Assembly: GCA_051294375.1 (NCBI GenBank)
Contig: CM119270.1
Span: 21,349,391 to 21,413,390, forward strand
Source of the DNA: Paraspadella gotoi
Taxonomy: Eukaryota; Animalia; Chaetognatha
Length of the DNA: 64,000 nucleotides
Reading direction: 5' to 3'
The notes beneath the pieces were generated by a model. That model was not told where the DNA came from and searched no databases. It worked only from the letters and a program-made list of their open reading frames with translations. Shown in pieces: positions 48,016 to 60,505 of this stretch; within the stretch, counting starts at the first letter, position 1; every line of letters begins with the position of its first letter. Both the position numbers and the translations under genes were made by a program.

Positions 48016-50099
48016 TCACGTCGCCGTGATCAAACACGCCACGCAGATCCTCTTAGTGGCGCTGGTCATAACGCACTCGTCGTGAGCGTAGAGGGCGCCG
48101 CATTTGACGCAAGAGATGGTGCCACGCCCACTTCCGGCGGGCGACGTTCGACCCGGATGCGAAGAAGGCGCCGGGCCCGCTGAAGCCGGCGGCGCCAGCG
48201 GCGGCGGCGGCGGAAAACGCGGTCGACCGGCGACGGCGATGGGCGGTAGGAAGGAAATGCGTCCGACCATCGAAGTCAGGGGCGTCGGCGGCGTTCCCGG
48301 CGCCGGTCCATTCGCCGCCGGCGTCATTTTCGTTGCTCTCGGTGACTTGAATCGATCCTCAGCGAGTGGCGCCTTTCCGTCCGGCGTAGAATGGGAAGAT
48401 TTTCCGGCAGCAGCAGCGGCAGCAGCAACGGCGGAGCGATCGTTGGGCGCCCATCGAAGATCGGCGGCGCCACGCGGACCAGTCGGCGCGGCCCTGTGTG
48501 TCAGCGGCGCCCGTTGGAGGTCGAAAGCATCGTGGGTCGAGATCGACTGAGGCGGCGTCGAATGAGCGAGTTTAGCGGCGCCGGAAATGACGCCGGCCGA
48601 TTGCGCGTCGCCGAGAGAGTTGCACGACGCCGGTCCTGACCCGGTGGGCGTCGGCGGCGTCGCGTGGGTCAGCATCGACACCAGCTGCTTCGCCTGTGCC
48701 TCCACTTGGGCGTCGTTCAGCGCCGAAGCCGCTGTAGCAGTTCCAGTAGCTGCAGCAGACGACGCAGCAGACGACCCCGACTGACGAGATTTGTTTCCGG
48801 CAACGGAAAACTTGGATGTCGGTCTCTGATTGTCGGTCACGACTCCGACCACGCCGTGGAGAAAGTCGGCCTTTGACGACGCCGCCGCCACCGCCGCCAC
48901 CGCAGGAGAACTCGACGCCGGATGCTGCAGACCGATTTGCTGCAAATTGATTTGCTGATAACGAATTTGCTCTTGAATCTTTCTCTCCAGTTCTTTTTGC
49001 TGCATCTGAATCTTTCGCAGCTCGAGTTCCAGCGGCGACAAGTGCGAAGGCTGCGTCGTTGGGTGTGGCTGCTGCTGCTGTTGCTGAGGACGCGGCCGCT
49101 GCTGCTTCTTCGACGGTGGATCGGATTGTTTGTTGTTGCCAGGCGACGGAAGAGGAGAGACGCGGCGAGAGAAGTGAGAGGATTTCTCGTGGTTAGTGGT
49201 CGTCGTCGTCGTCGTCGCCGTTGGGTCCGGCCGCTGGAGAGACTGATGGAGTTGATGTTGCTGCGGTTGGAGATTGTGATGGGGCTGGTGACGCTTGTAG
49301 GTCGTTGATGGGAAGCGAGTGTCCTTTAATGAGGACGGAAAGGGAACATCCTCTGGGGGACAACCTGAGCGGAGAGGGAGAGGGGGAGAGGGGGTGGGGG
49401 TGGAAGGACGGTTGAATGAGGGAAGATTCTCGATATTGTCCAATTTCATACAAGCAAATATGGTTTAAGACTTTTCAATCAAATATTATCAAAAATATGT
49501 ATATTCTTGATGTCTTAACGTTGTCATTACTAACGAATTAACTGACAAATTGAAGATAATCAAATTCTTTTAAACACCAGAAACATTTAAACACATCTAG
49601 AAGGTGAAATTCAGTCAATTCAAGGAGACAAAAGTGATACAGAAGTAAATGTACGAAGTAGTTAGATTGTAAGTGCAAGAAAGTAGAAAATGTAACAATT
49701 CCACACTATTCTAAGTCTGTAGAAAACCTTTATGTTGTATATTAACTATTAACTTTATCAATCATAATCGCCATCATCATCATTATTAACTATTAACTAT
49801 TAACTTTATCAATCATAATCGCCATCATCATCATTATTAGTAGCAGTACGTGATGTCGGGAGTCGCGACAGAGAAACGCCCTCCTCACACGGGTTCGGTC
49901 CGGGGACAATTTCCTGCAGTAGCAGCTGCTGCAGCCGCGGCAGATGCTGACTCTTAGCAGATGCAGCATCGGGCAGATACTGACTCTTAGCAGATGCAGC
50001 ATCGGGCAGATGCCGACTTTTGGCCTTCGACCCGAGTGCGTCGAGTGGTGTTAATGGTGTAGGTGCTCGGGATAGCTGGAGTGGAAAAGGAAAAGAGAG

Positions 50100-50173
<74 letters not shown>

Positions 50174-53100
50174 GCGTTATGAGAAAAAAGTTGTGTCAAA
50201 GAAAGAGTGATCGAATAAAAAAAAACTAAACTGCTTTTTTTTTCGACCACCCAGAAACCGGAATAATAAAATAAACATTTTAAATTTAATTTAACAATAC
50301 CAATTTTTTTTCTTTAATAAACTTTTTACAAAAAAAAAAAGTTAAAAAAAAGTTATAGAAAATAAGGAAACAAAAAGAGTGCTATTTATAGGTCTACGTA
50401 AGAAGTTGTTCACTTGGAAAAAAATTCATGCAAAAAAGAAACAAAAAAAAGTGAGTAAGATCTAAAAATCCGAATCACCATGACAACCAAGATAAACAAA
50501 AAACAAACTTACGTCGTCTCCGGATCGAGAGACGGAGCGACTTTTAACGTCGCTCAATTTGTTGGCCAACGACGACGACGACGACGACGACGAAGCGTCC
50601 TCGCGCTTCGTTCTCGTTCCTTCGCCGTCGCCGTCCGACTTCGGCGTCCGCTGCTGTAACTGCTGTAGCTGCTGAAGTTGCTGCAGCTGCTTGAGCGCCG
50701 CTATCGCAGGAAGGCCGTCCCTCGAAGATTCCTCCTCGACGCCGTAAGTCGCACCGTCCGGCGCTGAGACGCCGTGACGAGACGCCGGGGCGCCGCCGGA
50801 GGCAGCCGGGCTGGAACGCGGCCCCAGCGGGGAGAGAGAGGGCGTGCCGTGCAAGGCGTGGACGGGGGTGAGAGACGGGGCGGTCGGAGTGCAGTTGATC
50901 GAAGGAGGTGAAGAGAGAGAGTGATCGCGAGAGAGAAAAGGAACTGGGGATCGATGCGGAGTCGTCGGTTGAGCCGACAAAGGAAACGAACCCGGTCGAT
51001 GCTGCATAGGGTGATGTTGCTGCGGCTGCAATGGCTGTTGCGGCAGCTGTAGTGGCGGGCTAAGCAGGGAAGAGTTGGGACTCAGCAGCGACAGAGCAGA
51101 GTTGCTGCGCGGCAGCTGCGGGCTGGGGAAGGAAGGGGAGGAGTGGTAGGAGTTGTTGGCTGAGGAGGAAGAGTGACCAGAGAATTTGAGGGGAGGGTGA
51201 TGGAGAGAATGATGGAGAGGATGATGGGGAGGATGATGATGATGATGTTGAAGCGTCGGAGGAATCGGCGACGTTTTTGAATGCAAGTTGCTCGGACTCA
51301 CGACGCCGAAGTTTGGCGGCGTCGTGGGCGGCTCCACCGCCAATCCCTGTAGCTGCGTCGGCGGCGTCGACGGCTTCATCGTCTTGCCGACGAAATTGGC
51401 GCCGAGTTGGGCGACGGTCTGAAGGAGACTGGACGAGGGAGTTGAGAGGGAGGGACGGAGGAGAGAAGGTTGATGAGAGAAGGGAGACGAGGAAGGATGA
51501 GGAGGAAGAGGAGGAGGAAGATGAGGAGGAGGAGGATAGGGAGAGAGGTTAGGAGAGAGTTGAGCCACGCCCCTCGCCTCCAGCGCCTGCAGAGTCTTGG
51601 CGTGGGCGGCTGCGGCGGCGGAAGTTCGCAGAAGAGCGGATTCCAGCTGCAGGTCGGGCAGCGGCGACCGCGCGCTCGGCGGAGCAGCGGGAAAGTTTTT
51701 CGACGCTGGAGGAATGATGTGAGATCGTCCCGTCTTGTGGCCGATGAGGTGAGGAGGAGGAGGAAGAGGAGGAGAGTAGAGGTCGGAAGAGGAGGAAGAA
51801 GAGGAGCCAGAGGAAGAGGAGGAGGAGGGGAGAGGAGGAGGATTCCAGGTGCCGAGAGATCGAGGTGGATTCGCCGGAAGAGGAACCGAACAAAAGGACG
51901 CGTCGCCGGACGATGACGCCGAGACGCCGCCGCCGCCGCCGCTGCGACCACCGCCGGTTTTGCGGCTCTGAGCCTGAATCTGCTGCTGCACTTGCTGCTG
52001 CAGCAGCTGATGATGCTTCTGGAATTGAGGCTGCTGCTGGATATGAGTGAAGGGGCTGCCCTGAGGAAGGACCGAGGGCTGAGGATCGGGCAGACCAAAG
52101 GAACGGGGATCCTGAGGAAAAGGAAAGAGAGACAGAGGCGATCGGTCATTGGGGGCGGGCAAGGGAGCGCCGGGAACGCCGGGAACGTCGGGAGCGCCGG
52201 GCATGGGGAGCGACGGTCGGCCGAGAAGATTACGGGCTGAAGTCGGCGGCGCGGACGGCGCCAACGACGAAGGCGGCCAAAAGCCAAGATCGGCGCCATC
52301 GACCTCCTCGACGCCGCGAGTTGGTTTTCTAACGGCGTCGTCGACGAGGCGTTTTGGCGCCGGTTTTGATCCAAGCGGCGACTTTTTTCGCTTTCCTTTG
52401 ACGTCATCCACTTCGCCATCCGCTCCCCTCATCGGCGCCAAAGCGATGGTCGACGCTTCGGACGGGATCTCGCCCGGTTCCAACTGGTACTGAGGCTCCA
52501 TCCCGGCGGGGATCTTGTCGGAGAACGACGCCGCCCGACTTGGGGATACCGGTTTGGAGATGGTGGACTGGAGCGGCAGGGAGGTTGAGATGGCGCCGGA
52601 AGTGGAAATGACGGTGATGGCGCTTAACTCGTTAGCCGGACGAGGATTGTTAAGCAACGCGAGTTTCTCGAAGGGTCTCAAGTTGAGCGGACGACCCGGT
52701 TGAGAGAGAGTGGCGAGATGGCGCTTGAGTGATTCTTCGACGAAGGGTTGCGGAGAAGTGGAAGCGGAGGCTGAGGCGAATGATGGTGCCAAAGGTTCCG
52801 CATCTAATGTCGTCGCGTCGAAGCTTTTTCTCTTCGAGATGTCGTTGTTTTCTCCGGCATTATTATCTCTTTCAGAGCAAGTTTCTTCCACAGCATCTTT
52901 TTCTCCAGCAGAGACGTTTTCTCCAGCAGCATCTTTGGGAATCTGACTCGACTTTTCTGTTTTTTCTCTCAGGCGACGGGACACGAGTTCGAGCGGAGAT
53001 GGATTCCAATCCATTTCATTAGATTTATTTCTGGCGTCAAAGATTTCCGAGTTAAACGACCCAGGGCCGCTTTTCTTTGAGTCTTTGTCACAGGCGTCCA

Positions 53101-56100
53101 GTTTCCCGGCGTCGTTGGAATTACTTTGAAGGGCGCCAGAGCGAATCCCGTCGTCGAGCGATCGACGCGGCGTCGATTTCCCCCAAGATTCGACGGATTT
53201 GATCGCCGCCGACGCCGCTTCGCCCAACTCGTCCCTCTTAGACAGTGGCGGCGTCGCGGAACCGGCGTTCTTTTTTGCCGGCGTTGAAAATCGCGCCGAC
53301 GCTAACCCGTTGGCTGAAAACTTGATCTTCAGAGGCTGAATACGTTGGTGATCTTCGTACTGTTGCGATTTTAGCTGATGCTCAGCCGGCTGTTGTGAAT
53401 CGGGAAGTTGCTTTGGCTGGGAGTCTGTCAAAGATGGAGAAGACGACGCGATGGGGGACTTGGCCGCTAGGGGAGCCGACGATGTTAACGAGGAAGACGA
53501 CGGCGACGGAACCGACGACGACGACACCAACGACGACGACTGCGCCCTCTTCATTTTGATTTGTTCTTTTATTTGCGCCAAAGTTCGAGTTCCACTTGCG
53601 GATTTTTTCGATGACGAATTCTTGTGCGCCTGAAGAAATGATTTGATTGGGATAATAAATCAAGGGATTTGTATGAAATTAGTACAACAAATATAAGTAT
53701 TTATTAATTTATTTATTTATTTATTTATTAACCATTAGTCGCTATATCTTGCCCCCTTTCCGACTCGAAGGCCGATCAACGCAACCGTTACCTTGGCGAC
53801 AGCCTTGTTGAGTTGAATCTTCAGTGTGGTCGGACTCGTCCTGATGACCTGCAACGGCTGGTTCTTCAGCAGCAGCCCGCTCATCTTTTGCTGCTGCGAC
53901 GCCGCGGCCTCCAGCTGCTCGGATTTGACGCTGGGAGACGACGCCGCCGACGCCGTCACGATCGCGTTGACTTTTAAGGCGTCATCGTCGTCGTCTTCGT
54001 CGTCGCGCCGACTTTCGTCGTTATCATCGTCGGTGACGGGTTCCGGCGACGACGATTCGGTCTCCGAATCGCTCGTTTCTCTCGACGCCCTCGTCGCCGC
54101 TTCGACGCGGGCCTGCGCCGCCTGCAGCTGAGATTCCAGCTGCGCCTTAAGCACCGCCAGCGTCTTTCCGCTGCAGCGCCGCGTGGGCGGAGCGGAGGAT
54201 TGCGGCACGTCGGCGAAGGAAGAGGGCGAGGCGGCGGGCGAAGCGGTGGGCGACGCCATCTTGAAAGTCTTTGGCGGCGTAGAGTCGCTGCAGAAGGAAA
54301 AGACATCATCGGCGTCGTCCGACTTTCGTTTCGGCGTCGACGGAAGGCGGCTTCGAAAGTCGGCGTCGTCGAAACCGATCGTCGCCGGCGGCGTTGGCGT
54401 CGACGAGGCGGTTGGCGCCGGAGATTCGTGTTGCGCCATCTCCGTTTCGTAGTCTTCGTCGTCGGCGTCGTTTTCGTCGTCGTCGTCGGCGCGATCGTCG
54501 ACGAATTCGAAGGCGTCGACACCGCTCGTTCTTCCGGCGTCTTTCGTCAAACCGGCGTCGAGACGAGACGAAATGCGGCGTCGTTTGAGACGTTCTTCCA
54601 AAGAGGACGCTACCGGAGCCGGTTCTGTCGGCGTCAATGAATGCGAAGATAGTTGAGGCGGCGACGTCTCGAACGCCGCCGACGACGAGGCGCGAGAGGA
54701 TCCGCGCCGCGGCGCCGGCGATGAAGACGTCGCCGGTTTGGGCCGAGGAGCGCCGGTGGCGGACACGGCGGCGGGAGGAGGTAGATGAGCGGCGGCGGAG
54801 GAGGAGGAAGAAGAGGAAGCGGTGACGACGATGCAAGGAGGCGGAGTGGAAGTGGCGGAGGAAGAAGAAAAGAAAGGAGATCCGCCGAGAAGAAGCGAAG
54901 TGGAGGAAAGGAGATCGGGAGGCGCCGGCGACGACGATGACAACGACGATGGAGAGGGCGCGACGACGTTGATGGATTTCTGTCGATTGGGGGAGGAAGA
55001 GGAGGGAAAGTCGGGAGCCTCTGTCTTGCAGAGAGGGAGAAGAGCAGGTTTAGAGGGAGAGGAAGAAGAGAGAGGAAGAGAGGATTTGGTCGATGCGTCC
55101 GTCGTTGCCTTGACGACCGGTTCCGCTTCTTCCTTCACTTCCTCCACTTCTCGCTTGACAACGGGCGTCGCCGCGGCAGCGGCAGCGGCCGCCACGCCGA
55201 CTTCCTTCTTTCTCTCCATCTTGTGCTGCAGCACGAGTTGCTGCAAGGCGTGCCGCGTCGCCGCGCGACTGGTGCGGCTGGTTCCGCGGCGGAAGGGCGG
55301 AAGAGTGCCGGTCGAAGCGGCGGCCGCTGCCGCGGCGACGCCGGGTACGCCGTTGGCGGCGGTGGCGCCGATCCCTTGCGTTCCCATCAGCGCCTTGATT
55401 CCCCAAACGGGTTCGAAGTTCCGGAGTTTCCAGGGATCCATGAGTCTCTTCTCTCTCTCCTCCTCCGATCGAAGACGAGTCTGCATCTCCGGCGTGAACT
55501 CGCCCTCTCTCAAGCGCTCCTTCCACTCGACGAGCGCTTTGGCGAAGAACTCGTTATTGAGGGCGGCGGAGTTGAGGCGGGGGGCGGTAGGGGTCGAAGG
55601 GGGTGGAGGGTTGGAGGAGGAAGAAGAGGAGGAGAGGGGGGAAGAGACAGAGTCGCATTCGGGAAGGAATTTTAAGAGTTTTTGTTGATAGGAAATAGGG
55701 AGGCTGTTGAAAGGGGAAATATTGATAAATATTATTAAAAAAAAAAAATTAATTAAAGAATAAACAGTAATCTACACTCTTAATTACTTTTTTTTTCTTT
55801 TTCTGAAAAAAAAAATATCGTAACATTGATTTAACAGATAAGAAAGATAAAAAGTAATTAACTAATTATTAAAATGAATTCAATTTTCACTCCATTGTAA
55901 GTTATTCTAATTGTCAGTTACTAATAAAAATAGCCATCACTTAAAAACTAGACCCCTCCATGAATAAATAAACATATTATACAATAAAACAATCAGCCAA
56001 TCAACGGAAGCAATCAATCAAAAACGGACCTAGCAAAGGTGTGCTTGTTGATCAACGTCCTCAAATTCGTCTTGACGAGGATCGAGTCTTGACTCTCGAC

Positions 56101-59100
56101 GTCGACGAACCCCGCCCGCGTCTGCGTCAACTGCTCCGCCGACGATAGACGCTTCGAGCCACGCCCACTTTTGGCGTTGCGTAAATGATGAGCGCCGAGA
56201 CCGCGGGCGGCGCCACCGACGCCGACCGGGAGGGCGTTGGCGAGAATGTCGCGGAGGAAAGCGCGCTGTTGCGAGGGCGATGGGGAGCGCTCTTGCGAGG
56301 CGGCGCGATCCGGAGTGGACGAGGCGGTGGAAGGGGTGTGGTTGGAATGGGATCGAGTCGAGGCGGCCACGGCGGCGGAGGTCGAGGAGGAGCCGGACTT
56401 GGAGGCGGCGGAAGCGGCGGCGACGGCGGCCGCGGCTTCGGCAGCGGCCGCTTTGGCGGCGGCAGCGGCTGCCGCGGCCGCCGCTGCGGCGATACGGCCG
56501 CTGCAGCGGGTGGTGGGTTGAACGCCTGTTTTATAAGATAACAAAAAGGAACTTAGTAAAAATAAAACTAATGTACAAACTAAAACACACTTACAATTAC
56601 AATCATCGTTTCCTTAACTTTCTCTACTTCCTCGAAACTTACCTTTCTCCTCCTCCGCCTTCTTCTTCCCCTCCTCCTCCTCTTCCTCATTCATCCTCTT
56701 CCTCTTCTTCACTTGTTGTCTCATCGCTTCTTTCACCGCGCGTTTGCAATGAGACGAATTCAACGACGAGGGCGCCGGTCGACGAGACGCCGTTCGCTTA
56801 TTGGCGCCCTCGGGTGACGATCTAGCCTCGCCGGCGCCGCGCGAGTTCGTTTTGGCGCCGGAAGAGGACGAGGAGGCGCTGGAAACGGCGCCGGTGCCGC
56901 TTCCGTTGACACCGCCGTGAATGGTGACGTCGGGATCGAGACCCGAAGTCACTAGTTCCACGATGCGGCGCCCGTTGTTGTTGTTGTTGTTGTTGTGATT
57001 TCTGTTGTTGTTGTTCGACGCGAGAATCATGAGCGCCGTTGGTCGAAAAGGCGCCGGAGTTGACGCCGTTAGAATTAACGGCGTCGGTTTTAATTTTGTG
57101 AGTCGAACTGGGGGTAGAACCGATTGTCGAACTGGCGGTCGAAAAAGTCGAACTGGCGGTCGGAGTTGTCGAATTGACGGTCGAGTTTGGTGTCGTATTC
57201 GCAGTCGAGTTGGCAGTGAGAGCAACGGACGATTCACAGTTAGAGATGGCGGCGTCGGCGGCGTCATTTTCGGCGTCAACGGACGACCCCGATTCCACCT
57301 CTGGCATCAGTTGTTTAGTTGTGGTGGAATCGACGGGCTTGTAGTCTGATATGAAGTTGGTAATGGTATAATAAATATAAAAATTATCCATACATTTAAT
57401 AAGTTTGCTATCTTGCCTCTGACTTTAGACAATCGACGAGAGTTTAAGGCCTCAATTTAATTTACAAGATAATGACAATGAGGAACCGTACAAGCTTTCA
57501 AACAAGACTCACAATCTAGTTAATTGTTTATTATTTTATTATTTATTTATTCTTTTATTCCGCAGAACATTGCTTCCATTTCAATGAAGTGGTTTAAAAA
57601 AAATGCTCATTTGTACAAAACGAGCTTCCCATTGAGGGAATACTTTATCGTACTCGCACTAGTATCAAAATACAAGGAGCTAATCGTAATGAAATTATCC
57701 AATTAGTTCAATTTAACATTTTAATTTTTAAACAACAATCCACAACTAAAAAAAAAAAAATCTCTAACCTTTGGTTTCTTTTCTCTCCGAGCTCGTCTCT
57801 CTTTTCTCGCTTCCTTCCTTTCCTCTTTCCTTTCTTCTCTCCTTTCCTCCCTTCTCCTTCTTCCTCTCTTCCTCCATCGCTTCCTCCTCCTCTTCCTCCT
57901 CCTCCTCATCCCCTTCGGAGAAGTTGTCTCCCTCGGTGAGGCAGGCGGAGGAAATGTGGGAGATGCCCGATTCGGAGGCTGTAATTGGGGGGGGGAGGGG
58001 GAGAGGAGGGGGGGGAGGGAGGGGGAGAGGGGGGAGAGGGGGGGAGAGGGGAGAGAGAGGAAGAGGAGAGAAGAAAAGTGAAAAAAAAAAGAGAAAATAG
58101 GAATGAAAAGAGCGGAAAAGAGCGGGAAAGAGAGAATGGGAGAATGGGAGAATGAGAGAATGGGAGAATGGGAGAAATAAATAATCGCGATGAGAAAATC
58201 GCGTTTTGAGCGCAAAAGGCGATACTGTGGACGCAACAAGTTTCAGAGGAAGAATGATAAGAAAGATAAGAAAGATAATAACATATCTTCGTTGTCATAG
58301 AAACGCAAAGATGAAGCCATAATAAATATTTTTTTCTCATAATTTTTTTAAAGATTAATCATGAAAAAAAAGAGGGAACAGTAAATTTATTGACGATGAT
58401 ATTTTTATATATATGTTTAGAATATAATAGCATATTAGAATACGCGACACAATAGTACCAAGTACATATATTACAAAATAAATATGTAAATGGAATCCCT
58501 TCCGCTCACCCGCGTCGCCGATCGACGACGACGACGACGACGACGACGACAGCCACAGATGATCCGACTCTTCCGTCGGTGACCCGTCGCGTCCGCCGCC
58601 CAGCATATGCCGCCCATCCCGCCCGCCGCCCAGCAGGTGCCGCTCGCCCAGCAGGTGCGAGGAGATGTCGCACTTGAGGCCGTAGATGCCCATTCGGCCG
58701 GAGACTTTGTAGAAGACGCCGTCGTCGCCCCTCGAGTTGGCGTGAAGGGCCGAGTTGAGAACGGAGAGGGGGCTCGTGCCGCTGGAGGTTGAAGTGGGGT
58801 GTTAAAGGGGTGGAGAGGGGGTTGAAAGGGTGTTGATGGGATGGAGAGGGGTGTAGAAGGGGTGGAGGGGGAGGTTGAAGGGGTGGAGGTGGGTGTTGAA
58901 GGGATGGAGAGGGATGTGGAGGGGTGGAGGGGGAAGTTAAAGGGGTTAGGAGGGTGTTGAAGGGGTGGAGGTGGGTGTTGAAGGGGTGTTGATGGGATGG
59001 AGAGGGGTGTAGAAGGGGTTAGAGGATGATGTTAAAGGGGTGAGGGCGGTGAAGATGGGTGATATTTGTGGAAGTGGTGATGGAGATGGGGTGGACATGA

Positions 59101-59955
59101 AAGTGGAGGAGGAAAATTAAGTAAGAATAATGTTAAAAATATATTTTTATGCTTAAATTGTGAATGAAAGTTCTATTATCACAAATCAAGAATAAAGGTT
59201 TTATTCTGTCTCTCATGGATACGAAAAATACTTTATCGTTTCTCTAGATTTTAGAAAAGTCAGTGAGTTAAACGTTCAACGAAAAAAAAACAAAAAAACT
59301 ATTGTTAATTTTTTTAGCATCAGGATTAATTTTCGTTGTTTCTTGAGAATTTTTGCACAAATGCAACAAATTAGGTTTTACTACTTTAAAAATAACAACA
59401 TCAAAGAGCTATTCTAAAAGCCCACAATCATAGCGTCAACAACATCAATTAAATCTTTTTCCACATCATCTTTACAACATCAGTCTTTACTTACTTGAGC
59501 TCCTTGAGATTTTCCCTTTGAATGACTTTCATGATTTCTTTGTAGCTCATTGGCTGCTTGGGATACATCTCCAGCACCTAAAAGAAGAGAGACGTTAAAT
59601 CCAATTGGCTAAGTAATAAAATGTGTTAATTTTGATTAGGGAAATCATCCACTTTTTTTCTGACACACAAATTAAATGACTATTGACTAAAGAGACCGTT
59701 TATTGAGTAATAATGACGATTATAATGACATTAAAAGCAACTATTTCAAATCAGCTTTTGTAGTCTATAAAATTGGACAATTTTAAAATAAACCGAGCCA
59801 ATATCAATCAAATCACAATCAAAGCAAGCTCAACAAGCCAATCTTTCAACGAAATCAATCAATCAATCAATAAATCCTACCATCTTGGCCGCTTCCACCC
59901 ACGACCTTCCTTTCTTCCTCCTGTGCAATTTTTCCCTGACTGCCCCGTTCTGCAT
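48016..59955 (-). CDS. Asx: Additional sex combs / ASXL Polycomb PR-DUB subunit, 10 coding exons, about 2800 aa
   Basis: Exons (minus strand): 59955-59881, 59577-59495, 58781-58510, 57978-57769, 57345-56643 (one extra base), 56525-56030, 55703-53792, 53629-50513, 50075-49850, 49364-48016. HARE-HTH: [86 protein letters not shown]: [66 protein letters not shown]. Also an [11 protein letters not shown] motif and C-terminal CVKCG..HDEC..CVACL. Confidence 0.93.
57440..57520 (-). repeat. Dispersed short repeat family, copy 3
   Basis: Reverse complement CTAGATTGTGAGTCTTGTTTGAAAGCTTG..GTCATTATCTTGTAA..GAGGCCTTAAAC matches 12238-12325. Confidence 0.65.
58785..59060. repeat. G-rich degenerate minisatellite (GGGGTGGAGAGGGGTTGAA-like) abutting the Asx exon-3 acceptor
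   Basis: Repeated G3-G4 runs starting immediately at the splice acceptor (58782); G-quadruplex-capable on +. Confidence 0.8.
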
Positions 59956-60084
59956 TTTTCGCCCGGATATTCGGCGTCGAGGGAATCATTCAGCGACGAA
60001 TTTACGATGGGCGATGAATTTTCGTTCATCCTTCGTTCGTCGACCCTCGAATTCGTTCATTCTTTCCCCGTTTCGTTCGTCAGG

Positions 60085-60505
60085 CAGTCGCCATTTTGTT
60101 TCTTGACCTAATCATTCGTTTTCTTCTTTTCTCTTCGTCGCAAATATTTTCTTGAATATTCGTCTTTGGATTTTTTTTTTCTCTTTGTTCTGTTCCTTTT
60201 TTTGTTCGCAAAGGATTTCGTTCGTACCTTCTTTCATCGGTCATTAAAAAAAAAATTCAGTTGTCAGATTCTCTTCGCTGAACGCGAAGCGTTTCTGTTT
60301 TAATTCGACCACAGATTTTGTCTGTTGCAGAGGGACCCATATTCGTTTTTAATGGATCAATGGAGAGGCGGACGCTGATTGGTCGGGGCAGAATAAAAGA
60401 CGAGCGTTCATTGGGAGAGGATGAGTTAGAGGCGTCGATTGGTTGATTCGGATGATCGACCGTCGCTGATTGGACGAGAGCGACGACGACGAGAAGATGG
60501 CGCGG
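60085..60505 (-). promoter_or_regulatory. Putative Asx promoter: four CCAAT boxes plus YY1/Pho-type motifs
   Basis: ATTGG at 60378, 60410, 60438 and 60469 (CCAAT on -); CGCCATTTTG at about 60089-60098; AAGATGGCG at 60494-60502. This lies 130-550 nt upstream of the Asx ATG. Confidence 0.65.

Noticed and set aside
51277-57349. Plus-strand and alternate-frame ORFs overlapping Asx exons
   Set aside because: Shadow ORFs of GC-rich, stop-poor coding sequence.
58291-58304. RFX X-box GTTGTCATAGAAAC in an Asx intron
   Set aside because: A single degenerate-consensus match in 64 kb, not near an evident TSS; could be chance.
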